Source: Amoebidium appalachense (lineage: Eukaryota > Protista > Ichthyosporea). From it: DNA of 64,000 nucleotides. The notes beneath the pieces were generated by a model that saw only the letters and a list, made by a program, of their open reading frames with translations, did no database searches and had not been told where the DNA came from. Numbering within the stretch: position 1 is the first letter of the stretch; every line of letters begins with the position of its first letter. The DNA lies in assembly GCA_963693365.1 (NCBI GenBank), contig CAVNZM010000004.1, positions 5,024,564 through 5,088,563 on the forward strand. The letters run 5' to 3'. Below are positions 1-12,289 of the stretch, piece after piece. The position numbers and the translations under genes are program-made.

Positions 1-195
1 CCCCACACACACACACACACACACCACCACCACCACCACACACAAACCCTCTATCCCCACCACCTCCACTTCTTCCCTCTCCTTCCTCCCCCGAGGTGCA
101 CTCCCTAGAGCAGTAATATAGACCCCAGCAAATACAAAAACCCTTCCGACAGCTTTCATGTTGGTGTGTACGTTCATTAGCATCCCCCCCCTCCC

Positions 196-226
<31 letters not shown>

Positions 227-1186
227 CCACTCTTCCCGAGACCCAGGGAGGCCACCACTAACAACCCACCGAATCGTGTGACTACAAATGCAGTTTGCCC
301 CTCCCCCCCCCCCCCCCCCTCTCCCCCTTCCCTCCCCCCTGCCCCATCTCCCCCGGAAAAACCCTCCCGCAAGCATCTAGGGTATGGACCAGTTCAATCT
401 GCCTTGTCACTATACCAAAGCCCTCCCCCCTCCCCCTCCCCCTTCACACCCTCGTCCCCCTCCCCCCCCCCCAAAACAAAAAGGCTCAACCCTACCCCCC
501 CCCCCCACCCCCTGTCCCCCCCCCCCCTACCCCCTCCCCTTTCCCCCCTCCTCCCCCATCCCCCCACACGCACACACACTCTCTCGCTTGCTCTCTCCTC
601 TCTCTCTCTTCATCTTCCCCCTCACCTCTGCCATAAAAAAAAGGAACCAAGCAACAGGTAGAATTTGAAATGAAAGCGTGGGGGGGGGGGGGGGGGGGGG
701 GGGGAGGGGGGGGGAGGGGGGGGGAGGGGGGACAATTACGTTGTCCGTGGTGGTAGTGGAGAACCACCGGGCACCCAAGCCGTCAAACACCTTACGGCCT
801 GTACAAGCACAGCAGCTCACGTCAGACTAACTCTATCAATAACAATTGGTTGCCCAGAACAGCTACCTAGCATATCCAAAAAAAAAAAAAAGAAGAAGAA
901 GAAGCACCTGGTTGGATACGATCGGGAAAGGTGGGGGCACAGGCGGGTGGGAGGGCGGAGAGGGGGGGGGGGGGAGGGGAGGGGCAGAGAGCGAGGGTAA
1001 CAAATAGGTGGTGGTGTAGTCGTGGAGAGACTCCAAGTTGGCGGGGAAGTGTGTGTGTGTGTGTGTGGTGGTGGTGGTGGTGGTGGTGGTGGTGGTGGGG
1101 TGGGGCGGGGGGGGGGGGAGTATGGAGCAAGTTTAGAAAGACGTTGCAAGAACGATGGTGACAGCATGCGAACGGAATCGTGGGGG

Positions 1187-1991
1187 TCAGCCCGACCGGC
1201 TTAGACGGGACAAGCAGGAGCCGAGCAGTTCAACAGCTAGCTCATAAAAACTTGAGGGGAAGGGCAGGAGAGGGAGGGAAAGGGGGGGGAGAGAGAAGGG
1301 GGGAAGTGGGCAGGAGAGAGTTAGAGGTTTGGGTAGGGATGAGGGGGAAGGGGGGGGGGGGGGGGGTCCCACCTGAACGGGTGGCAGTGGCATATGCGAA
1401 CGTCCGGGCAAACACCTGCACAAGGTAAACCTGTCAGCACCACAACCAAAACTACAGGGGTAAGGAGGAATAAGGGAAGAAACTGTGAGAAATATTGCGG
1501 AAGAGAGGAGGTTGGAGGGTTTGCAGTCATAGCTTGCAAGCTAACCCCATGTCTCACATCAATCAACACTTCAATGACGTGTAACAGAGGGACACGTCGA
1601 CGCCCTTCTTTTTATGTGCACACCCCTATAACAGCTACAAACTCGCACATAGTGACTACTGCCGCCTTAGGACCCAGCACAGAGCACCACCTATAATCAT
1701 GCACCCTGAAACAAAAGCAACGTGATGACGTCTAAACATCCTGACGCTACAACCGGGAGTTATGCTCAGTTTCTTATAGAGTCCCAGCTTTGAACAGCGC
1801 TCATGCACGCACGCATTCACGCGTACATATACACGTGCATCCGCACACATGCAACGCACACGCACACACACGTACACACAGGCAAAGGTAGTCACACTCT
1901 CACTCACCACAGGAGCAGAGCTCTCCTTAGCAGCATGCACCTTGGGCAGCGCCGCCGCCACGAGGCGTGATACAAGCGGCCGGAACGACAT
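1187..1991 (-). CDS. Putative 58-aa small protein, 3 exons (1991-1908, 1415-1373, 1236-1187), mitochondrial-presequence-like N-terminus
   Basis: ATG 1991; donors GTGAGT and GTGGGA, acceptors TGCAG and CTAG. Exons 84+43+50=177 nt stay in frame: MSFRPLVSRLVAAALPKVHAAKESSAPVVFARTFAYATATRSAVELLGSCLSRLSRSG*. Divergent from HAGH. No confident homolog. Confidence 0.45.
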
Positions 1992-2182
1992 CTTAAACGC
2001 CACAGCCCCCTATGAATGTATGGAGAGAAACCAGCCGATAGCGGGGTGAGATACGGGTACGTGCGTGTGTGTGCCTGTGTTGTGTGTGTGCGGGTGTGGT
2101 GTGTGGTGTGTGACGTGTGCATGCATGGGACAAGTTCGTGAAAGCTCACGAACGCCACATGGCCGCAAGAATAAAGGCTCTC

Positions 2183-2267
2183 TGACGTCATCAGAAAAGT
2201 GGCTGCAGCCAATAGGAACCCGCAAAGCGATTTTTTTGGGTTACGCAAAACGGATTGGCTCACCAAT
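2183..2267. promoter_or_regulatory. Candidate bidirectional promoter: CRE-like TGACGTCA plus three CCAAT boxes
   Basis: TGACGTCA 2183-2190, CCAAT 2209-2213, ATTGG 2254-2258, CCAAT 2263-2267, lying between divergent ATGs at 1991(-) and 2521(+). Confidence 0.5.
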
Positions 2268-2520
2268 CGGAAGGTGCGAATGTCTGCCACCGATCCTTCC
2301 TTCATGCAGCGGCTTTTTCTTTTTAAGTTTTTTTTTCTTGTGCTTTTTGGAAAACCTTTCAGTGAAGAGCTTCAACAGTTTTGGAGCACAAAGGTAGTTG
2401 TGGTTGAATTTGTTTTTAAAGGTTCGGCGAGATTCGCAGCGAGTGTTGTCTGCGCTTTCTGCTAACAACTTTCAAACCTTGTGAAAAATCTCCCTACCCA
2501 CTTCCCAACAACAAACGGCC

Positions 2521-3012
2521 ATGCTGCGTGCCACACTGTCTTCCCTTCGTTCCCTTCCACTTAAAGCTGGCACGTCCCACGCATACACGAAGCAAAGCCA
2601 GTTTTATTTTTTTGTCGCCGCCTGCCCCACCCACAAAACCCAAACACAGGCGTTTCTTAAGCGTGATTACAGCTCCAGCTCCGCCATGGCTTACGTGGTG
2701 CTTCAGGTGCCCATCTTTAACGACAACTACAGCCACGTTCTGGTTGATCTCGCAACTGGTAAGGACGTCCATGCTTTTATTAGGTTGGGACGAAGTGAGA
2801 AAAGGGAAAGTGGAGGCCCTGTGGGTGAGGGGGGAGGGGGGGAGGGCCGGAAGTAATTGTGGACTTGGTGGGTGGGTGGTGGTGGTGGTGGGGGGGGGGG
2901 GTGGGGGGTGGGGGTGGAGCTAGTGACGTTTAGGAACCAGGGCAACCGGAGGAAAAGAGAGGGAGGGTTGAGATGCTGGTGTAGTTGGGTGCGGCATGCG
3001 TGCGTGCATTTG

Positions 3013-3047
<35 letters not shown>

Positions 3048-3132
3048 TTGTGTGTACGTGCGCATGTGTTCATTTGTTTTTGCAAGTCCGTGGTGTGTGT
3101 GTGTGTGTTGCGTGCGTGTGCTTTTGTGTTGT

Positions 3133-3168
<36 letters not shown>

Positions 3169-4508
3169 CTTTGTTTTCCCGTACATTGAGGAGGAAGCTG
3201 TTTCCTTATCTTGCCCTAACTATCTAACTCTCCCACTGCCACGAGTACCGTTGAGCAAAAGCTAGGCAGTAAAATTTAAAGCTAAGTTCAAAACTGGGTA
3301 TGCAGTTTCATTCTGCATCGGGCACTGAAGCAGGCTGCGCTTTTTTTTTTTCTTGCTACCTTGTGCTTTTTTTCTTTTCCTAGTGCATTATCTGCCGTGC
3401 ATTTGAACTCTAGAGTGTTTCTTACAGTGTTAATGCAGAGCACGCTACCTCCCCTCCACCCCTTTCCCCCCGCCCTCCCCTCCCCTCCCTCTCCCCATTC
3501 CCTTGGGCCCCTCCCCTCTCTTCTTCTTTCACCTTTTGCTCCTCCGTTTTGGGTTTTAACTCACGAACCACCATCACAAGTACCACACGCGAGCGAGAAG
3601 GACATGTGCTAACGAACATGTGGCTTCTCCTTGTTGTCCTCAGCTGTTCTTTTCGTTTTCTAATATTGCCCATTTAGTTTAGACGTGTGCATGCTCGGTG
3701 GCACACGCAGTGAGGGGGGGGGGGGAAGGGGGGGGGGGGGGGAGGGGGGGGGGGGGATAACTAATTAGGTTGTAGCTGTGCCTCTGGACGGGTGTGAGGG
3801 GGGGAGGGGGGGAGGAGGGGAGGAAGGAAGAGAGGAAAGGGAGGATTGAGCTGTGTGTGTGTGGGGGGGTAGGGGGAGGGATAAAGGGGGGGGGGGGGGG
3901 GGGGGTGGAATATTCCACAAAGTTCCGAAATCCATATAGGAAAGAAGGGGTTGGAGGAGACGAAATATAAAAGCATCGGAATTTGATTTTTTCCCTCCTT
4001 TTTCCAATTTTGCGTTGACATGTGCTCTTTGCACTTTTGCAGGGGAGGCGGCAGCGGTGGACCCAGCCGAGCCCCAAAAAGTACTTCTTGCACTCAAGGC
4101 CCACCCACAGTACCGCCTGACCGCCCTCTTTGTGACGCACAAACACGCCGACCATGCCGGCGGGAACGTGGAACTTGCTGGAAAAATACCGAACCTTCGG
4201 GTGTACGGGTCAAAGCATGAGGAGTGCCCCGCGGCGACGGATCGGGTCGGGCAGGGGGATGAGTTTCGGTTCGGTTCTTTGACTGTTAAGGTATTTGCAT
4301 TCATTTTTTTTTTTTTTTTTTTTTTGGGGGGGGGGGGGGGGGATCTATTATAAACTGTTTTTGCCCGTCTGACACACCCACAACCATAGTCTCACCTGAG
4401 CCTCCACAACCAGCAGAAATCAAATATACCGGGCTAACCCACCTCATCGACCCACACCTTATCCACACAAAGACATACTCTACCCACACACCCAGGGACC
4501 CCCTCCCC

Positions 4509-4539
<31 letters not shown>

Positions 4540-4577
4540 ATGCACACACACACACATACCCCCCCCCCCCCCTACAC

Positions 4578-4627
<50 letters not shown>

Positions 4628-4725
4628 TTTGTACATTGATGTGTGTTTGTGCATGGATGTCACAAGACATATTCGATGATCAGCATATATCGTTTGGCAT
4701 GCCACACTGTACCTTCTCCAGTAGT

Positions 4726-4769
<44 letters not shown>

Positions 4770-5554
4770 CCCGCCCCGCCGTCTTGCTTGCTCTTTCAGG
4801 TCCGTCCCCCCTCCACCCACCCTCTTCACCCTTCCCAGCCTCACAAAAAAGAAGAGGGGGAGGAGGAAGGATAAGTAAATCCAACGACTATTAGAAAATG
4901 AAGGGGGGGGGGGAGGGGGGGGGGGGGCATTGATTTAGCACACCCTATTCTGCTGGGGAAACGTCTGGAAAACGGAATCCCCCCCCCCCCCCCCCCCTCC
5001 CCCCCCCCAAAAAAGAAAAGAAGGAGAAGAAGAAAGAAAGAAAAAAGAAAAAATTCTGACATGTGACATCCCCAACCCACCTCCAGGTGCTGCACACCCC
5101 CTGCCACACAAAGGGACACATCCAATTCTTCGTTGAGCCCCCACCGAAAATCGACCAGGCGCCGTCACTTTTCTGCGGTGACACACTGTTTGTCGGAGGT
5201 TGTGGTCGGTTTTTCGAGGGCACGGCAAAGGAAATGCATGAAAATTTGATCGGGAAATTGTCAAGGCTCCCCCTACAGACGAAAGTTTACTGCGGGCACG
5301 AATACACGCTCTCGAACCTCGCTTTTGCAAAAACCGTGGAGCCTAAGAACCCTGAGTTGCTCCAGAAAATTGAATGGGCGGCGGAGCAAAGAAAGAATGG
5401 TTTGTCCACCGTGCCGACGACTATTGGTGATGAGTTAAAATTTAACCCGTTTATGCGAGTGGGGCAGAGGAGTGTAAAAGATGCGGTGGGGCAGGAGGAT
5501 GAGGTCGAGGTGATGGCGGAGCTGCGGAGGCGAAAGGACTCGTTCAGGGGATGA
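2521..5554 (+). CDS. HAGH: Hydroxyacylglutathione hydrolase (glyoxalase II), 317 aa, exons 2521-2758, 4043-4290, 5087-5554
   Basis: Motifs DNYSH, VDPAEP, THKHADH (metallo-beta-lactamase HxHxDH), HTPCHTKGH, LFCGDTLFVGGCGRFFEG, YCGHEYT, PTTIGDELKFNPFMR. GT-AG introns of phase 1 and 0 give a continuous frame. Confidence 0.95.
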
Positions 5555-5657
5555 ATCGAGGTGCACGTGGGAGATCATATGGGCTTTCTCTTGTAGTTTT
5601 TGTCTTGTTTCCTGCCATTTCTTTCTTTTCTTCCCTTTTTTTTTTTTTTTTTTTTTT

Positions 5658-5711
<54 letters not shown>

Positions 5712-5735
5712 GTGGGTGTGTGGGTGGGTTTGTGT

Positions 5736-5790
<55 letters not shown>

Positions 5791-6193
5791 GGGGGGGGGG
5801 GGGGGGGGGGAGATTGGCCATGCATAGGTGAAGGGGTCTGCAAAGCCGACACCTTTCAAAGGGCCTGTGCACAGACACAAATGCACACGGTAGACCGTTT
5901 TCTATATGTATCACGTGCAATGTTTCTTTTTATCTAGATAAAAGGCACCCTTTGTGGTACCTTGAATAATTTAAGAAAGAGGTACTGAAAAGTAGCTTGA
6001 ATGTCTAGGTTCGATGCTCTCCAGCAATCAAATAGCCTCTGTGAATAAAGTGAGGAGAGAAAATGCGACAAGAGCGTCACACTAGAGGTTCGGGAAATGG
6101 CCGGTGAAGGACGGAACGGGGCCCCCGGGGAGGGGGGGGGGGGGGGGGGGGGGGGAGGGAGGGGGGGGGGGGGGGGGGATTAACGCTAGATGA

Positions 6194-6232
<39 letters not shown>

Positions 6233-6556
6233 CACATGTATGCAAGCTCGCACGTGCACACACACACGTACACACGCAGGCACGAGCAACGCAGAAACAC
6301 GGATTAGAAACTTGACATGAATACAAAACACAACCGTTGTCCTTGTAACCACGATCTCCACCACATGTACCATCAGCCCACACATTCACCATCCACCCAC
6401 ACACATTGCCATTGCATTTGTGCACGCATCATGGTACCATGACCTCCACACACACACATGATGGCAGTACAAACACATATCATGTGACGTGCATTGTGAC
6501 ACAGCGAGTGGATTGAAACATCTGCACGGCAACACTCACCCCTCCCACCTCCAAGG

Positions 6557-6628
<72 letters not shown>

Positions 6629-6960
6629 CCTCCCTCCCTCCCTCCCTCCCTCCCTCCCTCCCTCCCTCCCTCCCTCCCTCCCTCCCTCCCTCCCCCTCCC
6701 TCCCTCCCTCCCCCCCCCCCCCCCCCCCCCCCCCCCCCGCCCCCTAGGGGCTCTCCCTCCCCCACAACACCAAAATTATAAACTTTGATAGCAGGTTGGA
6801 AATGGGTTTTAAAAAAAAAATTGAAAAAAAAATCACCATGAAAGGAGATGCCATGACAATGTGAGCTGGCAGGAAGGCGGGTATGATGTCCTATTAGTAA
6901 GCAGCACAGAAGAAGCACTGTACTATGATTCTATACAAGTAAGAAGGCAAGATACATTTG

Positions 6961-7382
6961 TGTGTGTATTGGGGCACAATGTGTGTGTGTGTGTGTCACG
7001 GTGTGTGTGTGTGTGTGTGTGTGTACATTTGTGTGTGTGTGTGTATGTGTGTGTGCGCGCGTGTGTATGTGCCACGGTGTGTGGTGTCACTGTCGTAATA
7101 AGTTGGGTGTGCGACACTGTATGTGCGTGTGTGTGTGCGCTTGTGCTTGCATGTGTGTGTGCGTGTGTGTGTTTGTCACAGTGTGACACTGTGGTTTTTG
7201 TATGCGTGTGTGTGTGTGTGTGTGTGTGTGCGTGCGTGTGTGCGTGTGTGTGTGTGACGTGTGTGTGTGCCTTTCATGTGTGCATGTGTGTGTGGGTGTG
7301 TGGGTGTGCACGGCACGGTGTGCCTGCGTGTACGGTGCATGTGTGTGTGTGTGTGACACTGTGTGTGTACACGGCGTCAGGC

Positions 7383-7418
<36 letters not shown>

Positions 7419-7448
7419 AGTGTGTGTGTGTGTGTGTGCGCGCGCGCA

Positions 7449-7481
<33 letters not shown>

Positions 7482-7535
7482 ACACAGTGTGTGTGTGTGT
7501 GTATGTGTGTGCGGGTGTGTGCGGGTGTGTGTGTG

Positions 7536-7580
<45 letters not shown>

Positions 7581-7597
7581 ATGTGTGTGTGTGTGTG

Positions 7598-7693
<96 letters not shown>

Positions 7694-7720
7694 AGTGTGT
7701 GTGTGTGTGTGAACGTGTGA
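6961..7720. repeat. Degenerate (TG)n microsatellite field
   Basis: About 760 bp of interrupted TG repeats; source of the spurious CVCV/HTHT ORFs. Confidence 0.95.
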
Positions 7721-7861
7721 GGGGGGGGGGGGGGGGATGGGGAGAATGGGGGGGACGGGGGCCCAGAAACAAGGGCGGGGGGGGGGGGGGGGTGAAAGGG
7801 AGGGGTATTGGAGGGGGCTCTGGAGGACCTGGGAGGGAGACACGGTGGTGTTTGGCTGGGG

Positions 7862-7897
<36 letters not shown>

Positions 7898-7919
7898 GTC
7901 AAAGGAAATTTTTGCACCT

Positions 7920-8560
7920 GTTCCCGGCATTTCTAATGTTCGTGCGAAATGTCCTATCCCCAATCTCTCTCCCATTCCGAGATATCCTTTGAAATACTTA
8001 TCTCCTTTATTTTTCTATTCTACTAGTTATCAGCAGTATGTTACTTAAGGCTTGGTTTCATACTCAATATCCTTTGCTTCATCGTTGTGATAAAGAGTAT
8101 CATGGTAGGGCTCTTGAGCCTGTGCTTCTTTTTATATTAGAGACTCGTCTATTTTCTTTACAATCGTTGTGTAAATTAGCTACTTATATTTATCCTTCCT
8201 CTCGTAAACCTACCACACTTACCGATTTTGCAATTCTAACCCCTCCTTGTGATATAGCTTGGAAATGTTTATTTTGGCGCTGTAACCTTTGTTTCCATAA
8301 ATGTTTGTGCCACTTTTGTGCAGAACCTTTTTCTCGTAAACACTCAGATAGATGTATTTAGTAATATTTATCTCAGATTCTTCCGTTAGAAATTAGAAGA
8401 CTGGCTTATTTAGATAATCCTGATATTACGAGAGTCTATTGACTATCTGTTGAACCACGGTATGTTTAACGAGTCTTCTAGGGTGTATGATTATTTAAGT
8501 CGTTATCTCCTCCGTATCCGAGAGTGAGGGCTTTTGTGTTTTCTTCTCCGAGATATCGGT
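7920..8560 (+). mobile_element. Decayed non-LTR retrotransposon (LINE) ORF2 3' fragment
   Basis: Frameshifted reading includes DIAWKCLFWRCNLCFHKCLCHFCAEPFSRKHSDRC, a C-x2-C-x7-H-x3-C knuckle; paralogous to 8614-8976. Confidence 0.6.
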
Positions 8561-8594
8561 GATATCTCGATGGCTTCTTTTTTGCTGAGCATCA

Positions 8595-8983
8595 ATAAAG
8601 TCATCATTGCTTTTTGGGAGCTTTGGCAGGATACATTTCTCCTGCTGTACGTATGGATACCACCCTAGTAGATAAGTCTGTATGGTGCTCTGATGTTGAT
8701 ATTGCCTGGGAAGTTGTGCAGTGGCGTTATAATTTTTGTTTTCATCGCCGCTGGTGCCACTTTTGTGCTGAACCTTTTCATCGCAAGCATGTTGATAGGT
8801 GTGAGTTTTTATGTGGCGTTTTACCTCTTTCCCTACGGGTGTCTGCTACACTTGGTGGCAATGTGACCACTTTAGACTTTTTGTTGAATTCTGTTGGTCG
8901 CCACATTGAGTATTTATATGATTTTCACACAGTGTTCAGGTATCTCAGTATGCACTTGTTACTGGATAACTCGTGAAGTTTTT
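8595..8983 (+). mobile_element. LINE ORF2 3' fragment, second subfamily; target of the DIRS-like insertion
   Basis: WCHFCAEPFHRKHVDRC knuckle; near-identical to the reverse complement of about 20960-21330. Confidence 0.65.
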
Positions 8984-11890
8984 ATTTTAGACACCAAACT
9001 GCTTTTCGATTGCTTTATGGCCGGTCTGATGACGAGAGGCAGCACCCGGCCGCCGTCCCCGCAGGCCCCCACTGGGCCGCAAATAAATCACATGTACTGA
9101 CTCCCGGCCCTGGGGCCATACACACGAGATCAATACAGATAAGGCCCTCGGGCCCGAAAACAGAAATCATCCCCCCCCCCCCCCCCCCCCTCCAACCAAT
9201 CCTAAGAGAAGCGGCGAGGAAAAGACTGTTTGAGAGAAGCGAAAAACACGACTTTTATAGTCGCTTCTACAGGAAGAGATGTGTGATGCCGATCATCACA
9301 CCATCTTCTTCCGATTGGTGGATAAAATGAGTATTTACCAAATTATTTATCATTTTAGACACCAAACTGCTATCTACGTCCGCTAAGACACAGCCGGCTA
9401 ACATACACTATTATACAATTACGGTGGCTGGCTGGGGCCCTCAGCCTGCCCAGGAACCGGGGGTGTCGTCTAGACGAAATGCTTGCATACGCCACGGCCG
9501 CACCCCGCGCGGGAAAATCACCTCAGAGGGGCGCAGAGGACACTAGTACACTTGCCGAAGCCAACCCCTGAATGACGGGCCACCACGACGCCGTATCCCA
9601 CACTGGAACGACGAGGATGCCCGCTGCACCTTCCCGCTGCAGCTTGGCCACCGTTCGCTTGATCAGCGGGAACGGAGGCGCCCACCAGCTTGGTGCCGTC
9701 CACGGCACCGCCAACCCGTCTGCCATCCCACCGGGGGCCCCTGCCTGGGCCCACACATTAAGCTCGGCCTTCACTGCCGCAGGTGTGGGTGGCAAACCGA
9801 TTGACTTCGGGCTGCATGCCCAGCAGCCACTCCACCCGCTCAACTGCCTCCGGCGTGACTTGCCATTCATGCCGGGGGTCCACCCGCGACAGCCAATCTG
9901 CTCGGTCGTTGAGCTCACCCGGGGTGTAGGCCACCTCCTGTGGCCAAGGCAACCCGTGGTCGAGTGGCACAACTGCAGAAGCTGCCACAGAATGCGCTGC
10001 ATCGAGGGGCTGCCGCTGCCCTTTTCCCGCACGGCCCCAAGGGCCGCCTGGGCATCGGCTTGCCACTGCACCCGCTGCCCACGGAGGGCTTCCTGCAGGG
10101 CAGGGCTCTGATAGGCCTCCAACAGGCCCTCACACTCCGCAATCACCGCCGCCCGCGGAGCGTCGTCGGCTGCCCACCTGCCCGCCGCCTCAAGCACAGG
10201 GGCAGGGGATCCCGCCACTTGAAGCACGGCCCCCCAGCCGTGTGTGGTGGCAGCATCCGTGAATCGGATGAGCGTAGCCGTGACCGGGTTGGGCCATATC
10301 TCCACCCGAGGCAACCGGCCAATGAACCAGGGCGTCCGACCGATAATCCGTAACTGACGCCCCGAAAGCCGAACGAAACTGCGCCAATTTCCCCCGCGTA
10401 GGGCGGCATACACTGGCCGCACCAACGTCAGCACGTGGGGAGTGGCAGCCCGCAGACTCATGACCACCCCCAACCACCGGGCGACTTGCTTCTTTTCCAC
10501 CCATCGCTTGCCCTTGCGAGCCTTGGCCATCACCCGCTTGGTCTCCTCCACCAGCTTCTCCATAGAGGTGGCGGTAGGGGCCAACACACCCGCGGCAAGG
10601 TCGACATGGATGCCTAGATGGTCGAGATGGTCGGTGGGCTCCCACTGGCTCTTCTCCGTATTTCGGCTCAGGCCCGTTGCCTCGAGCTCCCCCTCAACAA
10701 CACCGCTAGTTTGCAGCGCCTTTAGCGGCCGTTCGACGACCAACCAGTCGTCCAAGAACGCTAACGTGCGCACACCGCGCCGGTGAAGACGCCGACCGAA
10801 CCCCTTCATGAGCCGCGTGAAGTAGTATGGGCTGAGGGAATAGCGGAAAGGCATCACAGTGTGCTGATACAGCTGGCCGCCAACCCGAACCTGAAAATAT
10901 TTAAGCCACCGTGGCGCAATTGCCAGTGCAAAGTAGCCGTCCTCCAGGTCGAAACTGAAGCTGTGGTCACCTGGCTGAGCAATGACCTGCAGGTCACTGA
11001 GCGTCTCGTACTTCAGGCCCCGCTGTACGGCATACTCATTCACTGGGCGCATGTCGATTATCAGCCGCACTTTACCGTTTGGTTTCCGCACCCCAAACGC
11101 GGTCGACACGCAATGCTTCCTGGACTCGTCGATGGGTTCAAGTGCGCCCTTACCCACTAAACGCGCAACTTCCACCAACGCCTCTGTACAGCCTCCTCCT
11201 CCGAAACTTCGCCCAAGTCTAGGTACCTCCCCATGTCGTGGGGAGACGGTGGCGGCCCAGTGCACCATTCGGGTGTGATGCCATACCGTGACTTAATCCA
11301 GAGCACGTCCTTGGCTGCTCCACCGCGTGCCCACTCATCGTGGCACGCACGCACCCGTTGATAGAGCGGTGCAGGTGCTACCCCGCCCACTGGCTTACTG
11401 GGAGCACACATAACCGGCCGCCCCCGCACAGACCACTGCTGCCGGGGCCCACACTAGGACTAGAGAGCAGCACACGTTGCTGCTGTACATGCTCACGCGA
11501 GCAGCCCACACGGGCTAGCGTTGCCAGACGTGCCTAGTAGGTGCTTATAGCTACACAAACAACCCCAAAACACAACCCCACTTGGGTTTTGTGCTCATGA
11601 GCGCATCCGGTCTCAATGATCTGCGGTTCCTGCCAGTGGGCCTATTATTATAGCTAAAGTTAAGGGACCTACACGACTGACCATAGCGCTCACTGCGCTC
11701 AGAAGCTTTGGTCTTGGTCACTAGACCGGCCTCACTGATGCGCGGAAGCGGCGAGGAAAAGACTGTTGAGAGAATCGAAAAACACGATTTTTATAGTCGC
11801 TTCTACAGGAAGAGATGTGTGCCACCCAATCATCACACCATCTTCTTCCGATTGGTGGATAAAATGAGTATATTTACCAAATATATCATT
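8984..11890 (-). mobile_element. DIRS/PAT-like retroelement with split direct repeats (A1...B1-A2-B2), 2.9 kb, no gag or tyrosine recombinase ORF seen
   Basis: Repeat A (~145 bp) at 11745-11890 and 9208-9353. TTAGACACCAAACTGCT at 8987 and 9354 reproduces the circle junction. Both ends carry ATT (8984-8986, 11888-11890). DIRS-type pol inside. Confidence 0.85.
9523..11411 (-). pseudogene. DIRS-type pol: RT, RNase H and Dam-like methyltransferase domain, with frameshifts near 11180 and 9760-9950
   Basis: N-terminal YQRVRACHDEW..KDVLWIKSRYGI; RT motifs KVRLIIDMR, FDLEDGYF, MPFRYSLSPYYF, FLDDWL, HLGI; RNase H FTDAATTHGWG and NDRADWLSR; MT-like NRFAT, WAPPFPLI, LVVPVW..SWWP. Confidence 0.85.
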
Positions 11891-12071
11891 GTCTTCCTGT
11901 TTACTCGAGGCAAAGAGAAACCAGTCTCAGGTATGGGGGGGGTTTTGTTCGGAATATCCCCTCAGTGGTATATCATGATCACGTACATAGATGTCGGGTG
12001 ATATATCAGGGTTTACTTCTCTACGAGACACCATAAAGCCACAAAGAGTATTCAATTAGTTGGGGTTCCCC

Positions 12072-12106
<35 letters not shown>

Positions 12107-12136
12107 GGGCTCCCCTGGGACACTCGGTATCAGCTG

Positions 12137-12269
<133 letters not shown>

Positions 12270-12289
12270 CGCGCGCGCGTGCGCTAGAA

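Noticed and set aside
158-1204. Pro/Gly/His-Thr/Cys-Val-rich ORFs here and throughout (for example 6861-7992, 15524-16837, 57411-58259, 62138-63424)
   Set aside because: Translations of poly-C/G, (CA)n and (GA)n tracts, open in many frames with no domain content.
9027-9045. CTGATGA resembling a hammerhead ribozyme core in the DIRS-like terminus
   Set aside because: No GAAA after a stem II, and it lies antisense to the element; better explained by the end-pairing motif.
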